From the NCBI GenBank assembly GCA_964057225.1, contig OZ059896.1:4278001-4342000 (forward strand): a stretch of 64,000 bases of DNA, given 5' to 3'. Positions 54,900 through 64,000 of this stretch are shown here, in pieces. The position numbers and the translations under genes are program-made. Source of the stretch: Auanema rhodensis. Its lineage: Eukaryota > Animalia > Nematoda. Below the pieces are notes generated by a model. The model was not told where the DNA came from, made no database searches, and saw only the letters and a list, made by a program, of their open reading frames with translations. Positions within the stretch are counted from its first letter, which is position 1, and every line of letters starts with the position of its first letter.

Positions 54900-57800
54900 T
54901 GAAAACCGCATCTCTTTATCTTTCACGTGAAGCGAGTTACATACCAAGTGCACATCACGTGTACATTTAATTAGCATAAATTAAAGTTCACGTAAATTTC
55001 AAAGTCATGGTTACCATGAACCAATATCAATAAAAATTTGTTTTTAGACTAATTTGGACATGGGGAATCTAATTTTGAAAACCGCATCTCTTTATCTTTC
55101 AAGTGAAGCGAGTTACATACCAAGTGCACATCACGTGTACATTTAATTAGCATAAATTAAAGTTCACGTAAAATTCAAAGTCATGGTTACCATGAACCAA
55201 TATCAATAAAAATTTGTTTTTAGACTAATTTGGACATGGGGAATCTAATTTTGAAAACCGCATCTCTTTATCTTTCAAGTGAAGCGAGTTACATACCAAG
55301 TGCACATCACGTGTACATTTAATTAGCATAAATTAAAGTTCACGTAAATTTCAAAGTCATGGTTACCATGAACCAATATCAATAAAAATTTGTTTTTAAA
55401 CTAATATGGACATGGGGAATCTAATTTTGAAAACCGCATCTCTTTATCTTTCACGTGAAGCGAGTTACATACCTAGTGCACATCACGTGTACATTTAATT
55501 AGCATAAATTAAAGTTCACGTAAATTTCAAAGTCATGGTTACCATGAACCAATATCAATAAAAATTTGTTTTTAGACTAATTTGGACATGGGGAATCTAA
55601 TTTTGAAAACCGCATCTCTTTATCTTTCAAGTGAAGCGAGTTACATACCAAGTGCACATCACGTGTACATTCAATTAGCATAAATTAAAGTTCACGTAAA
55701 TTTCAAATTCATGGTTACCATGAACCAATATCAATAAAAATTTGTTTTTAAACTAATATGGACATGGGGAATCTAATTTTGAAAACCGCATCTCTTTATC
55801 TTTCACGTGAAGCGAGTTACATACCAAGTGCACATCACGTGTACATTCAATTAGCATAAATTAAAGTTCACGTAAATTTCAAATTCATGGTTACCATGAA
55901 CCAATATCAATAAAAATTTGTTTTTAAACTAATATGGACATGGGGATTCTAATTTTGAAAACCGCATCTCTTTATCTTTCACGTGAAGCGAGTTACATAC
56001 CTAGTGCACATCACGTGTACATTTAATTAGCATAAATTAAAGTTCACGTAAATTTCAAAGTCATGGTTACCATGAACCAATATCGATAAAAATTTGTTTT
56101 TAGACTAATTTGGACATGGGGAATCTAATTTTGAAAACCGCATCTCTTTATCTTTCAAGTGAAGCGAGTTACATACCAAGTGCACATCACGTGTACATTT
56201 AATTAGCATAAATTAAAGTTCACGTAAATTTCAAAGTCATGGTTACCATGAACCAATATCAATAAAAATTTGTTTTTAGACTAATATGGACATGGGGAAT
56301 CTAATTTTGAAAACCGCATCTCTTTATCTTTCACGTGAAGCGAGTTACATATAAAGTGCACATCAAGTGTACATTTAATTAGCATAAATTAAAGTTCACG
56401 TAAATTTCAAAGTCATGGTTACCATGCACCAATATTAATAAAAATTTGTTTTTAGACTAATATGGACATGGGGAATCTAATTTTGAAAACCGCATCTCTT
56501 TATCTTTCACGTGAAGCGAGTTACATACCAAGTGCACATCACGTGTACATTTAATTAGCATAAATTAAAGTTCACGTAAATTTCAAAGTCATGGTTACCA
56601 TGAACCAATATCAATAAAAATTTGTTTTTAGACTAATTTGGACATGGGGAATCTAATTTTGAAAACCGCATCTCTTTATCTTTCAAGTGAAGCGAGTTAC
56701 ATACCAAGTGCACATCACGTGTACATTTAATTAGCATAAATTAAAGTTCACGTAAATTTCAAAGTCATGGTTACCATGAACCAATATCAATAAAAATTTG
56801 TTTTTAGACTAATTTGGACATGGGGAATCTAATTTTGAAAACCGCATCTCTTTATCTTTCAAGTGAAGCGAGTTACATACCAAGTGCACATCACGTGTAC
56901 ATTTAATTAGCATAAATTAAAGTTCACGTAAAATTCAAAGTCATGGTTACCATGAACCAATATCAATAAAAATTTGTTTTTAGACTAATTTGGACATGGG
57001 GAATCTAATTTTGAAAACCGCATCTCTTTATCTTTCAAGTGAAGCGAGTTACATACCAAGTGCACATCACGTGTACATTTAATTAGCATAAATTAAAGTT
57101 CACGTAAATTTCAAAGTCATGGTTACCATGAACCAATATCAATAAAAATTTGTTTTTAAACTAATATGGACATGGGGAATCTAATTTTGAAAACCGCATC
57201 TCTTTATCTTTCACGTGAAGCGAGTTACATACCTAGTGCACATCACGTGTACATTTAATTAGCATAAATTAAAGTTCACGTAAATTTCAAAGTCATGGTT
57301 ACCATGAACCAATATCAATAAAAATTTGTTTTTAGACTAATTTGGACATGGGGAATCTAATTTTGAAAACCGCATCTCTTTATCTTTCAAGTGAAGCGAG
57401 TTACATACCAAGTGCACATCACGTGTACATTCAATTAGCATAAATTAAAGTTCACGTAAATTTCAAATTCATGGTTACCATGAACCAATATCAATAAAAA
57501 TTTGTTTTTAAACTAATATGGACATGGGGAATCTAATTTTGAAAACCGCATCTCTTTATCTTTCACGTGAAGCGAGTTACATACCTAGTGCACATCACGT
57601 GTACATTTAATTAGCATAAATTAAAGTTCACGTAAATTTCAAATTCATGGTTACCATGAACCAATATCAATAAAAATTTGTTTTTAAACTAATATGGACA
57701 TGGGGATTCTAATTTTGAAAACCGCATCTCTTTATCTTTCACGTGAAGCGAGTTACATACCTAGTGCACATCACGTGTACATTTAATTAGCATAAATTAA

Positions 57801-58290
57801 AGTTCACGTAAATTTCAAAGTCATGGTTACCATGAACCAATATCAATAAAAATTTGTTTTTAGACTAATTTGGACATGGGGAATCTAATTTTGAAAACCG
57901 CATCTCTTTATCTTTCAAGTGAAGCGAGTTACATACCAAGTGCACATCACGTGTACATTTAATTAGCATAAATTAAAGTTCACGTAAATTTCAAAGTCAT
58001 GGTTACCATGAACCAATATCAATAAAAATTTGTTTTTAGACTAATATGGACATGGGGAATCTAATTTTGAAAACCGCATCTCTTTATCTTTCACGTGAAG
58101 CGAGTTACATATAAAGTGCACATCAAGTGTACATTTAATTAGCATAAATTAAAGTTCACGTAAATTTCAAAGTCATGGTTACCATGCACCAATATTAATA
58201 AAAATTTGTTTTTAGACTAATATGGACATGGGGAATCTAATTTTGAAAACCGCATCTCTTTATCTTTCACGTGAAGCGAGTTACATACCA
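54900..58290 (+). repeat. 10-monomer (1760-bp) tandem duplication
   Basis: ACATTCAATT at 55672/57432, and ATATAAAG+CATCAAGTGT monomers at 56316/58076. Confidence 0.82.
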
Positions 58291-61200
58291 AGAGCACATC
58301 ACGTGTACATTTAATTAGCATAAATTAAAGTTCACGTAAATTTCAAAGTCATGGTTACCATGAACCAATATCAATAAAAATTTGTTTTTAAACTAATATG
58401 GACATGGGGAATCTAATTTTGAAAACCGCATCTCTTTATCTTTCACGTGAAGCGAGTTACATACCAAGTGCACATCACGTGTACATTTAATTAGCATAAA
58501 TTAAAGTTCACGTAAATTTCAAAGTCATGGTTACCATGAACCAATATCAATAAAAATTTGTTTTTAAACTAATATGGACATGGGGAATCTAATTTTGAAA
58601 ACCGCATCTCTTTATCTTTCACGTGAAGCGAGTTACATACCTAGTGCACATCACGTGTACATTTAATTAGCATAAGTTGAAGTTCACGTAAATTTCAAAG
58701 TCATGGTTACCATGAACCAATATCAATAAAAAGTTGTTTTTAGACTAATTTGGACATGGGGATTCTAATTTTGAAAACCGCATCTCTTTATCTTACACGT
58801 GAAGCGAGTTACATACCTAGTGCACATCACGTGTACATTTAATTAGCATAAGTTGAAGTTCACGTAAATTTCAAAGTCATGGTTACCATGAACCAATATC
58901 AATAAAAAGTTGTTTTTAGACTAATTTGGACATGGGGATTCTAATTTTGAAAACCGCATCTCTTTATCTTACACGTGAAGCGAGTTACATACCTAGTGCA
59001 CATCACGTGTACATTTAATTAGCATAAATTAAAGTTCACGTAAATTTCAAAGTCATGGTTACCATGCACCAATATTAATAAAAATTTGTTTTTAAACTAA
59101 TATGGACATGGGGAATCTAATTTTGAAAACCGCATCTCTTTATCTTTCAAGTGAAGCGAGTTACATACCTAGTGCACATCACGTGTACATTTAATTAGCA
59201 TAAATTAAAGTTCACGTAAATTTCAAAGTCATGGTTACCATGAACCAATATCAATAAAAATTTGTTTTTAGACTAATTTGGACATGGGGATTCTAATTTT
59301 GAAAACCGCATCTCTTTATCTTTCACGTGAAGCGAGTTACATACCTAGTGCACATCACGTGTACATTTAATTAGCATAAATTAAAGTTCACGTAAATTTC
59401 AAAGTCATGGTTACCATGCACCAATATTAATAAAAATTTGTTTTTAGACTAATATGGACATGGGGAATCTAATTTTGAAAACCGCATCTCTTTATCTTTC
59501 ACGTGAAGCGAGTTACATACCAAGAGCACATCACGTGTACATTTAATTAGCATAAATTAAAGTTCACGTAAATTTCAAAGTCATGGTTACCATGAACCAA
59601 TATCAATAAAAATTTGTTTTTAGACTAATTTGGACATGGGGAATCTAATTTTGAAAACCGCATCTCTTTATCTTTCAAGTGAAGCGAGTTACATACCAAG
59701 TGCACATCACGTGTACATTTAATTAGCATAAATTAAAGTTCACGTAAATTTCAAAGTCATGGTTACCATGAACCAATATCAATAAAAATTTGTTTTTAAA
59801 CTAATATGGACATGGGGAATCTAATTTTGAAAACCGCATCTCTTTATCTTTCACGTGAAGCGAGTTACATACCTAGTGCACATCACGTGTACATTTAATT
59901 AGCATAAGTTGAAGTTCACGTAAATTTCAAAGTCATGGTTACCATGAACCAATATCAATAAAAAGTTGTTTTTAGACTAATTTGGACATGGGGATTCTAA
60001 TTTTGAAAACCGCATCTCTTTATCTTACACGTGAAGCGAGTTACATACCTAGTGCACATCACGTGTACATTTAATTAGCATAAGTTGAAGTTCACGTAAA
60101 TTTCAAAGTCATGGTTACCATGAACCAATATCAATAAAAAGTTGTTTTTAGACTAATTTGGACATGGGGATTCTAATTTTGAAAACCGCATCTCTTTATC
60201 TTACACGTGAAGCGAGTTACATACCTAGTGCACATCACGTGTACATTTAATTAGCATAAATTAAAGTTCACGTAAATTTCAAAGTCATGGTTACCATGCA
60301 CCAATATTAATAAAAATTTGTTTTTAAACTAATATGGACATGGGGAATCTAATTTTGAAAACCGCATCTCTTTATCTTTGAAGTGAAGCGAGTTACATAC
60401 CTAGTGCACATCACGTGTACATTTAATTAGCATAAATTAAAGTTCACGTAAATTTCAAAGTCATGGTTACCATGAACCAATATCAATAAAAATTTGTTTT
60501 TAGACTAATTTGGACATGGGGATTCTAATTTTGAAAACCGCATCTCTTTATCTTTCACGTGAAGCGAGTTACATACCTAGTGCACATCACGTGTACATTT
60601 AATTAGCATAAATTAAAGTTCACGTAAATTTCAAAGTCATGGTTACCATGAACCAATATCAATAAAAAGTTGTTTTTAGACTAATTTGGACATGGGGATT
60701 CTAATTTTGAAAACCGCATCTCTTTATCTTACACGTGAAGCGAGTTACATACCTAGTGCACATCACGTGTACATTTAATTAGCATAAATTAAAGTTCACG
60801 TAAATTTCAAAGTCATGGTTACCATGAACCAATATCAATACAAATTTGTTTTTAGACTAATATGGACATGGGGAATCTAATTTTGAAAACCGCATCTCTT
60901 TATCTTTCACGTGAAGCGAGTTACATACCAAGTGCACATCACGTGTACATTTAATTAGCATAAATTAAAGTTCACGTAAATTTCAAAGTCATGGTTACCA
61001 TGAACCAATATCAATAAAAATTTGTTTTTAAACTAATATGGACATGGGGAATCTAATTTTGAAAACCGCATCTCTTTATCTTTCAAGTGAAGCGAGTTAC
61101 ATACCAAGTGCACATCACGTGTACATTTAATTAGCATAAATTAAAGTTCACGTAAATTTCAAAGTCATGGTTACCATGAACCAATATCAATAAAAATTTG

Positions 61201-64000
61201 TTTTCAAACTAATATGGACATGGGGATTCTAATTTTGAAAACCGCATCTCTTTATCTTTCACGTGAAGCGAGTTACATACCTAGTGCACATCACGTGTAC
61301 ATTTAATTAGCATAAATTAAAGTTCACGTAAATTTCAAAGTCATGGTTACCATGAACCAATATCAATAAAAATTTGTTTTTAGACTAATTTGGACATGGG
61401 GAATCTAATTTTGAAAACCGCATCTCTTTATCTTTCAAGTGAAGCGAGTTACATACCAAGTGCACATCACGTGTACATTTAATTAGCATAAATTAAAGTT
61501 CACGTAAATTTCAAAGTCATGGTTACCATGAACCAATATCAATAAAAATTTGTTTTTAAACTAATATGGACATGGGGAATCTAATTTTGAAAACGGCATC
61601 TCTTTATCTTTCACGTGAAGCGAGTTACATACCTAGTGCACATCACGTGTACATTTAATTAGCATAAGTTGAAGTTCACGTAAATTTCAAAGTCATGGTT
61701 ACCATGAACCAATATCAATGAAAATTTGTTTTTAGACTAATATGGACATGGGGATTCTAATTTTGAAAACCGCATCTCTTTATCTTTCACGTGAAGCGAG
61801 TTACATACCAAGTGCACATCACGTGTACATTTAATTAGCATAAATTAAAGTTCACGTAAATTTCAAAGTCATGGTTACCATGAACCAATATCAATAAAAA
61901 TTTGTTTTTAGACTAATATGGACATGGGGAATCTAATTTTGAAAACCGCATCTCTTTATCTTTCACGTGAAGCGAGTTACATATAAAGTGCACATCAAGT
62001 GTACATTTAATTAGCATAAATTAAAGTTCACGTAAATTTCAAAGTCATGGTTACCATGCACCAATATTAATAAAAATTTGTTTTTAGACTAATATGGACA
62101 TGGGGAATCTAATTTTGAAAACCGCATCTCTTTATCTTTCACGTGAAGCGAGTTACATACCAAGAGCACATCACGTGTACATTTAATTAGCATAAATTAA
62201 AGTTCACGTAAATTTCAAAGTCATGGTTACCATGAACCAATATCAATAAAAATTTGTTTTTAAACTAATATGGACATGGGGAATCTAATTTTGAAAACCG
62301 CATCTCTTTATCTTTCACGTGAAGCGAGTTACATACCAAGTGCACATCACGTGTACATTTAATTAGCATAAATTAAAGTTCACGTAAATTTCAAAGTCAT
62401 GGTTACCATGAACCAATATCAATAAAAATTTGTTTTTAAACTAATATGGACATGGGGAATCTAATTTTGAAAACCGCATCTCTTTATCTTTCACGTGAAG
62501 CGAGTTACATACCTAGTGCACATCACGTGTACATTTAATTAGCATAAGTTGAAGTTCACGTAAATTTCAAAGTCATGGTTACCATGAACCAATATCAATA
62601 AAAAGTTGTTTTTAGACTAATTTGGACATGGGGATTCTAATTTTGAAAACCGCATCTCTTTATCTTACACGTGAAGCGAGTTACATACCTAGTGCACATC
62701 ACGTGTACATTTAATTAGCATAAGTTGAAGTTCACGTAAATTTCAAAGTCATGGTTACCATGAACCAATATCAATAAAAAGTTGTTTTTAGACTAATTTG
62801 GACATGGGGATTCTAATTTTGAAAACCGCATCTCTTTATCTTACACGTGAAGCGAGTTACATACCTAGTGCACATCACGTGTACATTTAATTAGCATAAA
62901 TTAAAGTTCACGTAAATTTCAAAGTCATGGTTACCATGCACCAATATTAATAAAAATTTGTTTTTAAACTAATATGGACATGGGGAATCTAATTTTGAAA
63001 ACCGCATCTCTTTATCTTTCAAGTGAAGCGAGTTACATACCTAGTGCACATCACGTGTACATTTAATTAGCATAAATTAAAGTTCACGTAAATTTCAAAG
63101 TCATGGTTACCATGAACCAATATCAATAAAAATTTGTTTTTAGACTAATTTGGACATGGGGATTCTAATTTTGAAAACCGCATCTCTTTATCTTTCACGT
63201 GAAGCGAGTTACATACCTAGTGCACATCACGTGTACATTTAATTAGCATAAATTAAAGTTCACGTAAATTTCAAAGTCATGGTTACCATGCACCAATATT
63301 AATAAAAATTTGTTTTTAGACTAATATGGACATGGGGAATCTAATTTTGAAAACCGCATCTCTTTATCTTTCACGTGAAGCGAGTTACATACCAAGAGCA
63401 CATCACGTGTACATTTAATTAGCATAAATTAAAGTTCACGTAAATTTCAAAGTCATGGTTACCATGAACCAATATCAATAAAAATTTGTTTTTAGACTAA
63501 TTTGGACATGGGGAATCTAATTTTGAAAACCGCATCTCTTTATCTTTCAAGTGAAGCGAGTTACATACCAAGTGCACATCACGTGTACATTTAATTAGCA
63601 TAAATTAAAGTTCACGTAAATTTCAAAGTCATGGTTACCATGAACCAATATCAATAAAAATTTGTTTTTAAACTAATATGGACATGGGGAATCTAATTTT
63701 GAAAACCGCATCTCTTTATCTTTCACGTGAAGCGAGTTACATACCTAGTGCACATCACGTGTACATTTAATTAGCATAAGTTGAAGTTCACGTAAATTTC
63801 AAAGTCATGGTTACCATGAACCAATATCAATAAAAAGTTGTTTTTAGACTAATTTGGACATGGGGATTCTAATTTTGAAAACCGCATCTCTTTATCTTAC
63901 ACGTGAAGCGAGTTACATACCTAGTGCACATCACGTGTACATTTAATTAGCATAAGTTGAAGTTCACGTAAATTTCAAAGTCATGGTTACCATGAACCAA
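57930..64000 (+). repeat. 22-monomer (3872-bp) duplication with a nested 7-mer (1232 bp)
   Basis: CAAGAGCAC monomers at 58252, 59484, 62124, 63356. CTTACACG monomers at 58780/58956, 60012/60188, 62652/62828, 63884. Confidence 0.88.

Larger units (their letters stand above)
1..64000 (+). repeat. 176-bp tandem satellite DNA array (363 full monomers + 117-bp partial), probably centromeric/pericentromeric; runs off both window ends
   Basis: GCATCT.. monomer starts at 1, 177, 353, 528, 704, 880, 1055 ... 23580 ... 63884. From 23580 the period is exactly 176 (23580+229x176=63884). Monomers differ from the consensus by only a few substitutions. No unique sequence or inversion seen. The centromeric assignment is inference from size and homogeneity. 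Confidence 0.99.

Noticed and set aside
13022-60400. Singleton SNPs (e.g. CTCGTT ~13029, AACTAAAG ~32453, CAACTG ~42804, TTTGAAG ~60380) as functional variants
   Set aside because: Single occurrences cannot be told apart from recent mutation or sequencing error without reads.
1-64000. CRISPR array
   Set aside because: No unique spacers; the entire 176 bp is repeated. No leader or cas genes.
1-64000. Repetitive protein-coding gene
   Set aside because: Stops occur in all three + frames (TAA 61, TAG 65, TAA 75) and all three - frames (TTA at 60, 64, 74) of the consensus, and 176 is not a multiple of 3.
1-64000. 5S rRNA, tRNA, snRNA or spliced-leader tandem gene array; telomeric repeat; transposon insertion
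   Set aside because: No recognisable RNA gene sequence, Pol III boxes or telomere motif. Monomer phase is accounted for across the whole window, leaving no room for insertions.

Overview
The whole 64-kb window is one uninterrupted head-to-tail tandem satellite array: 363 complete monomers plus a 117-bp partial copy of an AT-rich (~32% GC) 176-bp unit, all in the same orientation. Consensus read from the sequence: GCATCTCTTTATCTTTCACGTGAAGCGAGTTACATACCAAGTGCACATCACGTGTACATTTAATTAGCATAAATTAAAGTTCACGTAAATTTCAAAGTCATGGTTACCATGAACCAATATCAATAAAAATTTGTTTTTAGACTAATATGGACATGGGGAATCTAATTTTGAAAACC. I found no genes, RNA genes, transposons or CRISPR arrays. Unit size and homogeneity suggest a eukaryotic (peri)centromeric satellite, but I cannot name the family or organism. 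What is interesting is internal. (i) The monomer is rich in dyads and carries two CACGTG E-boxes and three TCACGT motifs spaced 32-33 bp apart. (ii) Monomer length is almost invariant: only 6 monomers deviate from 176 bp, none after position 23580. (iii) Diagnostic SNPs reveal a nested patchwork of local higher-order duplications (2- to 31-mers), long-range re-use of monomer cassettes up to 46 kb apart, and left-to-right turnover of variants. 'Monomer position n' refers to the consensus above. All counts and offsets were done by hand and block edges are approximate.
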